Shown here piece by piece: positions 1 through 13,003 of a DNA stretch of 64,000 nt. The translations under genes were made by a program, and so were the position numbers. Location: positions 806,001 to 870,000 of the forward strand of contig JASVEC010000002.1 in NCBI GenBank assembly GCA_030770535.1, read 5' to 3'. This stretch comes from Batkoa obscura (Eukaryota). How positions within the stretch are numbered: position 1 is the stretch's first letter; each line of letters starts with the position of its first letter. Below the pieces are notes generated by a model. It saw only the letters and a list, made by a program, of their open reading frames with translations. It had not been told where the DNA came from and made no database searches.

Positions 1-489
1 AAGTTTTTGATTGACTACTAATTACAAGCAATTGCAAAAAACTCCAAAATTTACAAATACTACTAAAAAATAAAATGAGTTTGACAGGAATTATTTTTAA
101 CAGTATTTGGCACTTTATTTAGTTTTTTGCTGATAATTTCTTAACATTCGGTTAATAAAACTTAAAAAGATTTAGTTTTAGTAAGAGTTTTTAAATCACT
201 TTTTATAATAGCTCTTGAATTCTTAAAGAGACTGTATTTAGTATTGGGTAGATATAATTTAATATTGAGTACTACTTAACAAACTAAAATTCTATAAAAA
301 TAGAGAACTTTGTTGAGAAAGAGAAATCGTTTTTATATAAATATCAATTTAGAGTATTTTCAACCTATTATGGTTACCAAGAAAATAAATTGAACAAATT
401 GTTGTAGAATTCTCAATACAACTGTTTCAGCTTTGTTGTGACTTGACCCCGTTTTTTAAGAATAAAGTTTTGTTAAAATCAGGCGCTAT

Positions 490-586
490 GGGGGTGTATT
501 TTTATGTTTAAGAATTTTACTAACAAATTCTCTGCTCAAATAGCGCTTAAAAAATGAAAAAAGTAATGAGGCCAAAAAAATATCCC
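490..586 (+). mobile_element. ~98-bp MITE copy (family A)
   Basis: Matches consensus GGGGATGTATTTTTGTGTTTAAGAATTTTACTAACAATTTTTCCGCTCAAATAGCGCTTAAAAAATGGAAAAAGTAATGAAACCAAAAAAACATCCCC; right TIR degenerate. Confidence 0.85.
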
Positions 587-1383
587 TTATAACTATAGCT
601 TAAGCTAGAAAAAAGTAAATAAACAAAAAACCGACTTTAAAAATTATTATAATTTATATTAAAATAGAGCTGTATAAGCTTTATATAAAATTTTAACTTT
701 TAAATTTAGCCATGTTAATAAATTTAAAGGTATAATAGAAATGGCTTAAGTTCAAAGTTAGTTTCTATATCTATTGACATTTATTTAAATACTGATTATA
801 ATGAATTTAACTAACTATATCATGGTATATTTTGTATCGTGTTATATGAAAGAAATAGCAATATTATTATTATTCAAATTTTGATAGAAAAGAATTAGTT
901 CCATAGTGATTTAAAAATCAAAACTTGGGCTTGGTTTTTATTTTATTAGCTATATGAACTCTATAACAATTTAATACTGTTAAATTGTTATAGTAAATGA
1001 TAGTTTTTTTAATTTATAATAAGAGCCAACATTAAAATCAATAACTTCTATTAACATTAATAAATTAATTATTCTATTAAAACTAACAAATCCTCATACT
1101 AAAAATTGATATTACTAATTTAAGCAACCAATGTTCGCTGTTTACATTAATTTCATTAATGAAAATAGGTATTTTATTGCTACTCCGTAGATTTTTTTAG
1201 ATTCTCCTTTTCCAATGAGGAGTTGTAATTTGTAATTTTTTAGCAAATTTTGGCCAATAACAATTTGTCCGCAAACAATTGTTTAGTTCTTAAAATAACT
1301 CAACCCTTAATCTGGCAATCTATTTAAATCAATAAAATAAAAATAAAAATTCAATTTTTGTTATTTTTACTAATAATTAAAAA

Positions 1384-4048
1384 ATGAGTTTAGAAAGAAA
1401 AGAAAATAAATTGACTAATAGTGTGGAAAAGAGTAAGTTAATTAATACTGATGGCTATATACTAAATAATGAATCTCTTTAATTTTAGTTATTGAAAAGC
1501 TAAGTAATAAAGAACAACGAATTTCAGAATCTTGTGAAAAGTTAAATCCATACTCTAAATTTTGTCCTGATACAAGTAGTTATCCAGTTAAAAAGGGATT
1601 AAATATAACTGAAATTGATGATAAAGTTAAAGGTAAACATTTATTTTTATCATTTAATTAAAAATTATTTATTAATTCAAAAATTCATAGATGGATTAAC
1701 CAAATTGTCAAGAGAAGATTTAAGTGATGCAGCCGCATGTACTTTAAATATTAAAGAGTTGTTATGTTTATTAGAATATCAACGTTGTTCTTCAGACGGT
1801 AAATTAGTACCCATTTGTAACTCAGTACAGTAAGTCTTCATTTATCTAATCCTTTAAAACTCCTTTTAATTAATCCTCCTTAATTAAAGTGAAACGGCTT
1901 TTTCTTCTTGTAGTTCAGAAGGTCAAAAAATTGAAGATGTTAAAAAATTATTTGAAAAACATGTCGATTTTAATAAATTTACTAATGATACTGAATGTTT
2001 TTCTGGAATTCCAAAGCCTACTCAAGTAAAAGTAGAAACTACAGCTACTAAAGATAATAATCAAGTTACATCGACTAGTGAAGCAAGTGGTAAGTTTTGA
2101 GTCATAACGTTAGAATAAACAATTAATATTTTGTTTAGCTGATAAAACAGAAAGTAATAAAAAAGCCAATGAATCCAATGATACACCTGTGGTTAATGAG
2201 ATACTTTGGGGTAAATATTATATAATAATAATAATAATAATTAATCGATTTTAATTAAATTAGAATGTTATCCTTATTCTTATGAAATTAAAAAAGATCA
2301 AAATACATGTTTTGCTCCTAAGATAGCCAATATAACTAAATTCCCTTCAATTGATAATTTAGAAATGGGTAAAATTGAATTTGGATTAAAAGATGAAGTT
2401 AAATGTAAAGATACCTTGGAGTTACTAAAAGTTCAAGTAGATGAGGCTTGCTGTAAGTTTAAATAATACTATTAATGATAGTTCTATAATTTATTAACAA
2501 TAAAATCAATATTTAGCATGTGATACTAAGTTATCTTATGTACGATCCCCTTGTACAAATGCATTATCAGCATTCGGTATTCATACAGAATCCTTAGTAG
2601 TTAGTTTTAGAGATGTAGAATATGTACCGGGCATTGAAAAACAACTACATTTTGCTGATTCAATGAAAGATCATAATACTCATATGAAAAAAAGAGAGTT
2701 AGATAATACTAAATTTAATGATGAAGATTTAAATGATAACAATGATCCACATTATTTTTTAAGATCTTATTATCGTACTTGTAATAGAATGGAAGGAATT
2801 CCTCCCTCTATTAAAAGAAAACATTGTTGTAAGTTATATTATTTGTTAATATTTATAATATATTAAATTAATTGTTATTATTATTATTTATATAAAATAG
2901 CTCGTCATGCTAAATTAGATAAATATGAAGTACCAGGTACAGAAGTAGAAATGTATACCAATTTTAAATCACAAAAAATACAATCCCATTTTCGTAGTGG
3001 ATGTACAGTATTAGATTGTCTAAATCATTTACGTTATTTACCACCATTAGCCCCAACCGAAGATAATAAATCAGATGTATTTTTAGAAGATGGTAGTATT
3101 GATAAAAATTATGATATTTGTAAAGAAGAAATAAAAGACTGTCCACTATGGGCTTTTAGTAGTGATGGTATTTCAATCTCTGGTTATCCTGCTAATATTA
3201 CTTCTTATCTTGAGCTAGATATTCAAGCTAAGCCAAATACAAATAGAGCTGCAATTATATTTTCATTTAAATCAATGACTCGACCATTATATGAAGGTTT
3301 AAGATTTTTATTAAATGGAGTACCTGCGATGGATTTAGTTTATAACCAAACAGATAGTTTAGGTTATGCAGTTCCATTAGTACCGGGTAAATCCCATGTA
3401 GCAAGATGGGAATTTATTCGTGGTGAGGCAAATCCATCAACTTCTTTTAATTTTGCAGAAATACAATCTATCATATTAAGAGATGCTTTTTTAGCTTCTC
3501 CATCAGATACAGCTGATTTGAAATCATTAAGTCATTTAAAAAATAATATGGTTCATTTACCACCAAAAGCACCAACAAGACCAGGTTCTATCTATAGTAA
3601 TAATAATAATCCATCTAATTCAATTACTACTTCTATTATACCAATGATGATTATATTATTGACTGGAGTTGGTATTGCCTTATTAGGTGTTTGGTTATGG
3701 AAGAGACATTTAAAAATGAAGAAAGATGAAAATGAACATTCTTTGGGTTCTTATTCTGCACCTTTAGGTTTTGCTGAAAGAGTAGCTCAATTTTCTTTCC
3801 CTGGTACTCAACAAAATAATAATTCAAGATATGCTCCATTATCTAAAGGTACTACAATGGATACTCCTCATGTTGAACTAAATGCTATGACTATGTTTGA
3901 AAATCATTTACCTTCTCCAAGTGATGACGAAGAAGAAGAAGAACCTACTGCTTTTGATCGTACTATTTCTCCATCCACAGTTTCTACTGCATCTCAAACT
4001 TTAAATCATAATTCACCAGAAACTAAAAATAGAGATGAACTGATTTAA
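1384..4048 (+). CDS. Uncharacterised Cys-rich single-pass membrane protein, ~8 exons, N-terminal Frizzled/Mid1-like Cys pattern
   Basis: Exons ~1384-1432, 1489-1632, 1691-1829, 1890-2089, 2139-2210, 2264-2453, 2518-2829, 2901-4048 join through GT-AG introns. TM helix IIPMMIILLTGVGIALLGVWLW followed by KRH; acidic tail. Start codon uncertain. Confidence 0.75.
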
Positions 4049-4343
4049 TTGGAGTTTATTCTTTTATATTTTAGTAGTTAAATCTTAAAATCAAATTGGG
4101 ATTATAATTTAACTAATAATTTAATTTTATTATTATTATTATATTTTGGAATTATGTAGATGTATAAAATTAATTAACATTAACTTTATACAACTTAAAA
4201 ATTGTGTTATTTTATTAAAATATTTTTTATTCTTATTTTATTTTATTTTACTTTAAAACATATTTCTATTTTTTAGTGTATAATAATTTTTATTTGTATT
4301 TAAATTTCCAAATATATTTAATCAACTTGCTATCTACTGTAAT

Positions 4344-5323
4344 TTAGTGTCCTCCTTTAAATAACGATAATTCTGGTTTACTATTTCTTAACCACCACCA
4401 CCAAGCCCATTTAGGAAATAAACTTCTTAAATTGGATGGATTAGGGTAAATCTTTTGAACTTTGTGTAATTTAATGAATCCCTTATTATCAAAAGTATAA
4501 ATAAATACAACATGATATGTTTTTCTAGGTTCCGTAGAGGTAGGGAGTAAAAGAGCTGGTCTTGGAGTACCTTCAATAATCATTTTAGCTAACAAGTAAG
4601 GTGAAGAGTCTGATGTTGGGGATAAAGTTGGTGGGTCTATTGAATTTAATAATGAGGTGGGGTTTAAGGGGTAAATGGAGGTTTGAGAAGCTTTTAATAT
4701 ATTCTTTAAATGAGATGGATCCATATTATCTTTATTATCTTCTTTAATTGATAAAAACTTCATTTCAAAGTCATCACTTTTATTAATAAAATCCTCCCCA
4801 TTCCCCTCTCCCGAAGGTCTTAATTGAAAATGAGTTAATTTAATAACAACATCTTGATAGTACCATAATATAGTGGTACGAATAAATTTAGCTAATAATA
4901 AATATAATTTTTTACCCTTAATTTCAATACCACTATGATAAGGTTCTTTTAATATTATATCTTTGGAATAGATATTTGAGTTTAAAATTCCATTGTCAAG
5001 GTAATTGTTGATATCTTCTTTTACTCCATTGATAGCTAAAAAATAAGGGAAATGAGGTTTCAGTTACAGTTTAATGAATAGTAAAATAACTTACTTTTGG
5101 CTAATTGTAATTGATATGGAGTTGCTTTTTTAAACTCCTTTTCACTATCAATTCTCAATATCTTATTGCCTTTACTATCTAGTTTTGGCTTATTCAATGT
5201 AGAATGATAAACCAGCGGAGACAATAAATTGCCTTGTTTAATATTATATCTCACTTTCATTATAGTCAATTTGTTTTTTGCAAATAACCTTATTAGATTG
5301 GGTTTCAATAAACTGGTATTCAT
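4344..5323 (-). CDS. DUF2358/C6orf136-like (NTF2/SnoaL-fold) protein, probably mitochondrial
   Basis: Two exons, intron 5036-5094. Basic presequence-like N-terminus; motifs NIYSKDIILKEP..IKGKKLY and VFIYTFDNKGFIKLHKV resemble the family. Confidence 0.6.
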
Positions 5324-5685
5324 TTTATTTGTTTATTTAATATGTTAAATAGTTGGCTCTAATTTTATTTTTCATCTATAAAAAAAACAATTTTTTAAAG
5401 GTGGAAGGATTTTGATTATTTTATGACGTATGAAAGAATTGTAAGTTTAATTTTGACATCAAAAACTGGTCAAACTGTTTTTAAGTTTTGATAGCTAAAA
5501 TAAGGCAAACTTATTTTATTTTACTGATGGTTTCAATAATAAAAACAATAAATAATAAGAACAATAGAATATTTAAAATTTTATTAAAATAAAGGAATGA
5601 ATATAGTAAATAATATATAAGTTAAAAATATGCTAATATTTGATAACCCTATAATCCCTAAATTTCAATATGCTAATTCCACATT

Positions 5686-8600
5686 CTATTCCATAATATC
5701 GTGACCAAATGGGGTATCTTTTGAGAGTACTCTAACTCTAACGATATTGCCAAGTTCATCTTCTTGCTCTAATTCTTCACGAGTATAACCCATTTCGGTT
5801 AATTTATTTGAAGACAAAAATGATTCTGTTTCATCAATCAATTCTCTTCTAGCTCTATCATTAAAATCATTTTCATTGATACAAATAATTTCTGGTAAAT
5901 TTAATTCATCATCATCATTTGCGCCGTGTAAATTTTTTAATTCATTTTTAGCTTTAAATGTATTAATTGCTTCCAATTCCATTCTTCCCAATAGAGCAGC
6001 AAGAATATCAAATGTATTCCTTACATAAATATATTTACGGAATTTTTGTTTCATGGATTTAGCTATAGTGATTTTTTGGGTTTGTATAAAAGATTCTAAA
6101 AAGGTAGATATAGCAAAATCTAGATCATCTTTACGTACATGATCTCTCAAATGCATACGAGCTACTGCTTCTGACATTCTAATAATGGATTCTAAATGAC
6201 GAACAGTAATAGTTAAACCACCACCTCTTAAAGCTTCAGAACGAAGTTCAGCAAAAAAAGTGGACATTTTATCGGCATTAACATGTAACAGTGTTGGCTT
6301 ACATCTTTCACGAGCATAGGTAATATATTTGCGCAATAAATCTTGTGGAATTGGACTTGAATTACTATTATTAGTTTGTGATTCACTCATGTTATCATTT
6401 TCTTCATTTAAATAAGGATGACTATTATCATGAGAATTGATAACAAAATGAGCTAACATAGCATCTTGAGTAAAATCGATTACATCTCGAACAATACAAA
6501 CCAAATCAAAACGCGACAAAATAGGTTCCGTTAAATTTACATTTAAAGTTAATGGATTTAAAGCATTATATCTTCCACGAATTGGATTAGCTGCTGCAAT
6601 AATAGAACATCTTGCTTGTAAACTAGTAACAATACCTGCTTTTGATATACTAATAGATTGTTGTTCCATAGCTTCATGAATAGAAGTACGATCTTGTTCA
6701 TTCATTTTATCAAATTCATCAATTAAACAAACGCCTTGATCAGCTAATACTAAAGCACCACCTTCTAAAGTCCATTCTCTAGTTACTGGATCTTTACGTA
6801 CAGAAGCAGTTAAACCAACAGCAGAAGCACCTTGACCAGTAGCATAAACACATCGATGGGCTGTTTTTTCAGCATATTTTAAAAATTGAGATTTAGCAGT
6901 ACCTGGGTCACCAAGTAATAAGACATTAATATCACCACGTAAATAGTGATTTCCACCAGTTTCTTTTTGTACACCGCCAAATAAAGACATAGCCATACAA
7001 GTTTTGATATCTCGATGGCCAAAGATAGAGGGTGCAATTGATTGTATAATTTTTTCTCTTACATTATCATCTTGCGATAATTCTTTAATTCTTTTTTCAT
7101 CTTCTTCACTAATCTTAGATAACGTATTTTGTTTCAATTTGACTATATGATTTGCTTCAATAATAGTTGAAAACACTGGGAATCCATACTTGTTATTCAA
7201 GGATGAATCTAAGTTATTCATATAGATACCAGTAACTTGAATTTCTTCTCCTGGTTTAATGGAGTCAACTAAATCCCATAGTAAAATCACTTCTCTATGA
7301 CGTGGTAAACGTCCTGGCGGTACAGTTCCCGGTGTTTCTTGAAGGGTAATTTTTTGGTAGTTACGATAAACGGTCTAATAAAATGATTCAATTTTAATAA
7401 AGTTTAATAAAATTTTAAATTACCTGCTCACTACAAAAAAGGAAAGGACCTTTGGATTCACAATTATGACAATTACCGACTTTAACTTCCCCCATAGCCG
7501 AAGGATCTTGATAGTAAGGGCCAAGGATTACATTACATTTGCCACATTGAAATTTAACATATTTAAGCTGAGGAAAGATAGATGATCTTCTTGAAACTAC
7601 ACCAAAAATTTTAACTAAAGTATTTAAATGAACCTGACGAAGATCACGTAATGACAAATTTGTTGGCACATCATTAATACGACAATGAATTTCCGAGTGA
7701 ATTTTATCATAATCAACAAAGTTTTTTAATACAATCTCAAATGCGACATCATCAAAGATTTGTATCATGGTGCGTGGAGCATGGGTTAAAATGTAAGCTA
7801 GTACTGGATTATGGGCAAATAAATCATTATAGGAAATTTCAAGGGTTTCATTATTTCCTTAAAGAAGAGTTAGTAAGTTCAAAAAAAAGTCTAAATATTA
7901 CCTTCTCCAAGAGCTCTAATTTTATCTTTATAAATAGCGCGTCCAGTTTTCTCATCAATATGTAACAAAAAATCTTTAAATTTTTTATTAATAGCTCTTC
8001 TTGGTCCTTCCATAGCAACCCATTCAGCAATACTAGATGCTTTAACGTCATTTAAATCTTCTAATGTAATATCCAAATCCTATTTTTTATTTAGTTATCA
8101 GTGTTGTTTCAAGAATTATTTAAACACCTACAATTTCATCATCATTATCGATTTTAATATCATCAAGGCCAAGTAGTTTACGACGGCGTCTTTTTTCAAA
8201 TGTTGGATCTTCCATACCAGTTCCTATAAATACATTAGAAAAAAGCGTATCTTATTGCTTAAAATAGCCTATACCATTGCCAAGAATAGCTCCTGGTTCA
8301 CGATTAAGTTGACGATCACGTACTTCTAAATAATTATCAACTTCTCGACGTTGACCAATATCCATAGCTTCATAAACACTATCATCTAAATCAGCTTGTT
8401 CATATTGATCAAGGCCTGGGTTAGGAAGATAGTCACTAATAAATGTTAACTGAATTACTTTAAAGTAAACAAAAACTTCTTACTTTGCAGCGTCAGGACC
8501 AAACAAATCTTCTCCAATCTCGTCTTCCGAGTCAGGTAAAGCCCCAAGGCCATATTCCGAATTAGGTATATTCTCAGGTATTTCAGATTCATCTACTTCT

Positions 8601-8835
8601 TGGTCCTCAAATAGTTCTTGTGTATTATCAACATTATAAAAGCCAGGTGTTCCTGGAGTATGTCCTTGTGGGCTATCCTCTTGCCCTTCACCTGCTGGCG
8701 AATTGATGTCAGATGGTGTACCGATTCGACTATTTCGATTATTTCTATTATCTCTGGTTCTCTTGTTATTTTGTGACTAAATAAGTAGGGTCAATATTTT
8801 TTACGTCTATGATTTAAGTTGGGTTTTATTACCAT
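5686..8835 (-). CDS. MCM2: DNA replication licensing factor MCM2
   Basis: Walker A GDPGTAKSQ, IDEFDKM, SRFD, CxxC..CxxC zinc finger, acidic N-tail with GEDLF and S/T-P sites; first coding exon is ATG only. Confidence 0.97.
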
Positions 8836-9099
8836 TATAAAAAAGTCAAGATTGTAATTTTATTTTTTGTTGGTTTTATAAAATATTCCAATTATTAGAA
8901 TTTATCAATTTATTTTTTTTCGTTCAATAAGATGCTTCGAATTTAAAATCAATTCATCCAATAAAGTAAATTTGGACATCCCTTAATTTGTTAGAATAAA
9001 ATAAGCTAATATTATGAAAATATTACAGTATCATAGTTTCTATAATACGTTAGTTCTTTCAACTCTTATATTACTTTTGTATCACATTTGTTTATCAGT

Positions 9100-10600
9100 G
9101 AAAGCGCTTCAGTTTTGATAAGTGCTTAAAGTGCTTTATATAAAGTTTAAATTATGGCCCAAAGGAGTATAATATTCTTATTAAGAGTGACATCCCTACT
9201 ACACTGATTCCTTAATACTATCTATTATTTAATAAGTGAAAGTAGTAACATTGTTTCATGTTAATATGAGCTCTAAACTCTATTAAAAAATATATAAAGC
9301 TTCCATGAAGTTGAAGCTTTTTTCTTCAAGCCATCGTTCTGATTTAAACTTATTAAATCCTCAATACTCAGCTTATACTGATAGTAGTCAATATTAGTTA
9401 TAACAAGCATCTATATAAAACATAGTGTATCGAAATTTTGCTGTTTTAATATTCTATAAAAAATACCGTTTCACCAATAAATCCTTTTTAAAATATTTTA
9501 CCCCGTTTGAGTACAACTTTAAATTACAAGGTACAACTGGAAACATTTTTAACCTTCCAGGTTACGTTGGACGCAAATAATTACATCTTCAAATTTAGTA
9601 GAATTGAATTGGTTTCCATCAATAAAGTATTCTTTTATATCACTCTTCAATTTCGTCAAATCTGCGGATGTTTAGTTAAAAGATAAAGCATCCTATTAAA
9701 TAATTTAATACGACCTAATATTAAATAGTTATAAGTGATATAGTATTAAAGAATTCAATTTTGTATCAGATTTTACACTTCCATTTAATTTATCAACAAG
9801 GTTTTCTGTTTACTACTATTATTACAGTTGAAGTAGCGATTGTTCTGCTGTTTCTTTTCCATTTGGTTTTTTCCCTGTGTCTGCATCCGATGCACTGGTT
9901 AACGTGTTTAAAATGATAGTTTTATCCAAAATCCCTTTTTTACTTTCGATGGCTTCATATGCAAACAACAACTATCCAGTAAATTTGATTTATGATATTA
10001 ATCTATCACACTTTCCTTTTTTAAACACTCAATGTACAATATTGATTTGCTTGAAAACTTTGATAAAGGTAAGCTTTTACAATCATGTTCTTTAATAGTC
10101 AACTGATGTTAATATATTTTTTTTTTCACAATGAGCTTTTCTATTTTTACAAAACATTAGTTTGTCAATAGTAGTTGACACTAAGCTCTATCTATCTAAT
10201 ACTAAATATAGTCTTGGTAAAATTTGAGAGATATTACAGAAAGTTATTTTTTTGAAAGAACAAGTAAAACATACTTTCTTTGCTACAGCATCTGATACAA
10301 TTGATAGATCATTTCAACCTAATACAGCTGGATTAATTTATGTGATTATAATTTTAATACCTCTATTGTTTGTTCAAATAATGTCTCCAAGTCTTTGATA
10401 CAATTTCAATATAAATGATAACTATCAGTAAACGGATGAATTCTGTAAATCATTGGAAATATTAAGTTTATCAACAAGCCTAATGTTTTTCTTAACTGAC
10501 CAAAATATACATTATATATTTTAACATGAGCCGAATATGACATGAAAATCACCATGATATAAAAAATAAGAGTAAACAAACTTTCATTATTGTTATTTTA
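9100..10600 (-). pseudogene. Decayed cytochrome P450 gene
   Basis: Minus-strand fragments in P450 order: LGDII*T, ASDADTGKK, MLYLLTKHPQ (9662-9691), YL..RLKMFPVVP (K-helix region), FKSERWL (9328-9348), degenerate heme motif RAHINMK; many stops and frameshifts; limits approximate. Confidence 0.75.
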
Positions 10601-10654
10601 TACGTATTTTTAAAGAAAATCACAATATAAAAGTCAAAACAGAAATGTGAATAT

Positions 10655-10737
10655 GGGGATATATTTTTGTGTTTAAGAATTTTAGTAACAATTTTTCCGC
10701 TCAAATAGGGCTTAAAAAATGGAAAAAGTAATGAAAC
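10655..10737 (+). mobile_element. MITE A copy truncated by the LTR
   Basis: Consensus match up to ATGAAAC, then directly TGTGAAATATCG. Confidence 0.85.
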
Positions 10738-11201
10738 TGTGAAATATCGCTTTGTCAGTCCTATGGTTAATTATAGCATAACAATCGTCTAAGCTGTTGT
10801 GTTCTCGAGTTCAGAGAAAATCAATCCCACGTTCTTAGTTTGATTTGATATGAGAATTTCTATCTTCGTCTCAAAGAATATTCTCCCCTCGTTTTGATAT
10901 TTATACTTATCCGAGTATAAAAGAGATTATAAAACATAATAGTTCGAGGCTTTTTAACTGAATTATTTCCTAGTATCTCGAACATTTAATAAAACCACTA
11001 AGTTTTCTTAATAGTATTTTACGTAGATTTTACATTAGTATTGTCTATTCTATTTGTCTTGTATAGCTCGTAGCCTATTACGTGCTATTCTTCTTAATTC
11101 AAGTCTATCTTAGGCACATAAATTAAGACCTTTCGACTTATAGTGTAGTCAACCAAGCAAGAACTGCTCTTGGCTCCAACCACTGAATACCAGATTTCAC
11201 A
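10738..11201 (+). mobile_element. Solo LTR, 464 bp, Ty3/Gypsy family
   Basis: TGTGAAAT...ATTTCACA ends, internal TATAAAA and AATAAA; same sequence follows the polypurine tract at 36399; no TSD (gaaac / ctttt). Confidence 0.88.
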
Positions 11202-11340
11202 CTTTTCATTAAACTATTCTTTTATAATATATTTTTAATAAGGTAATTAAATTTTGTAATATTTTATATATCTTTTATAATAATGTTTGCTTTGTATAGT
11301 TTATAGCTTATTATATATTATTTTTGTTAACTTAAGTTTA

Positions 11341-11405
11341 TTTTTCAACCCCTGTTTGAGCGGAAAATTTGTTAATAAAATCCCTAGACACAAAAATACA
11401 TCCCT
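11341..11405 (-). mobile_element. MITE A partial copy
   Basis: Matches the left ~65 bp of the consensus in reverse orientation. Confidence 0.75.
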
Positions 11406-11642
11406 ATATTTTAATTTAAAGCCAGTCAATTAATAAAAGTTGCTTTTGATTATAATTATTAAATACTAACTTTTATAATGTCAAAGCTTATATACACTAT
11501 TTTATCTTTTTAATTAAAATTATCTTTATTAGTTTATATAATTCATTGACAGATATTTCGTATTTATAAATTAAAGTTTATTTTGACTATACAGCTTAAA
11601 ACTTATTAATTATCAGCTTCGTTTAAAGTTATAATATTATAT

Positions 11643-11738
11643 GGGGATGTGTTTTTATATTCAAGGATTTTGCTAACAATTCTTCCGCTCAAACAGGGCT
11701 TAAAAAAATGGAAAGTAATGAAACCAAAAAACATCCTC
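11643..11738 (+). mobile_element. MITE A copy
   Basis: Full length; flanks atat/attt. Confidence 0.88.
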
Positions 11739-11997
11739 ATTTACTAAATTTAAACTAAAATATAAATAAAAATATAATATTAACTTTTTATATAATTTTT
11801 TTTAACTGGTTAAAACTAATATAATAAAAGTAACTTCTAGTACTGTAGTTTTTTATTTGGAAATAAGAAATAAAAAATAAAAAATTTACTTATGGTTATT
11901 TTAAATTTTATTTTAAAAAATAACTAAATAAATAATAGTAAAATGTTTAAAATAGTAAACCATCTTATAGATTAAAAAAACTAGAATTCTATAAAAT

Positions 11998-12092
11998 GAG
12001 GGTTTTTTTTGGTTTCATTACTTTTTCCATTCTTGAGCCCTATTTGAGCAGAAAATTTATTAGCAAAATTCTTAAACAAAAAATACACCCTC
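11998..12092 (-). mobile_element. MITE A copy
   Basis: Full length; TSD aaat/aaat. Confidence 0.9.
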
Positions 12093-12575
12093 AAATGTTA
12101 TTTTAAAATAAGACTAAAAGTATAAAAACTATAGCTTTAATTTAATTTCTAATTATTTTGATGTTGAAGTAAACTTTAACCACGCTAATACTAATAAATA
12201 AGTAGTTTTATTAACTTAGAAAGTGTTTTATTTTTACTCATTTTTAAATTATTAAAAACGACTGATTTAAAAATTTATATACAAAATTAGTTGTTAACTA
12301 AATAAAGCCTTAAAAGACCAAATGAGTAAATATCTGGATTAAAAGATTATAAGTTATATTAAAACTATAAGCAGCTGTAATTAAAAATTAATTGTTTGAT
12401 ATTGACTCTGAGTTTTTTATTTGTTAAAAATATATTTTTATCTAATATTTAGAACTTTCCAGTATAAACTTAATAACTTATAATTACAATTGAATTTAGT
12501 TAAATAATTCAGCTGTGGTATTAGCCAAGCTTCACTAATTATAAAAATTAATTAAGTTCAGTATTTAAGAACTTA

Positions 12576-12883
12576 AACTAGTTGCAGTTAGATTTGCAAA
12601 TATTTGGTTTAAAAGCATTTTTATATAGTTTAATTAGAATGTCTAAATTTAGAAACTTGATTTTTTTCATTCAATTACGACTTATAAAGATGGAGAAATA
12701 ATGGTCTCATTGATTTTAAGTATAGAATGTAACTTAAATAACACTAATAAGCAGCTAATTACAAAACTTGGGGTGAAATTTATCTGACAAAAATATGGTG
12801 ACATACTTTTTAGATACAATTTTTGACGCAGAAAATACAAATATTTTTAAACCAAATATTTGCAAACTTAACTGCAACTAGTT
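12576..12883. mobile_element. Second TIR element (MITE B), ~300 bp
   Basis: AACTAGTTGCAGTTAGATTTGCAAATATTTGGTTTAAAA at the left end and its reverse complement (37/39 match) at the right end; no ORF inside. Confidence 0.75.
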
Positions 12884-13003
12884 CTACTATTAGAAAGTGA
12901 AGAACTGGAGATAGTTGGCTTGAGCCAATCAGCTTAAAGTTACGAAATTAGCACTTTAATAAAATTAGCTACAACTATTTTCTAGAAAGTAAAATAAATT
13001 CAA

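Noticed and set aside
1830..1889. TCCTTAAT near the acceptor resembling a U12 branch point
   Set aside because: The donor is GTAAGT (U2 type), not RTATCCTT
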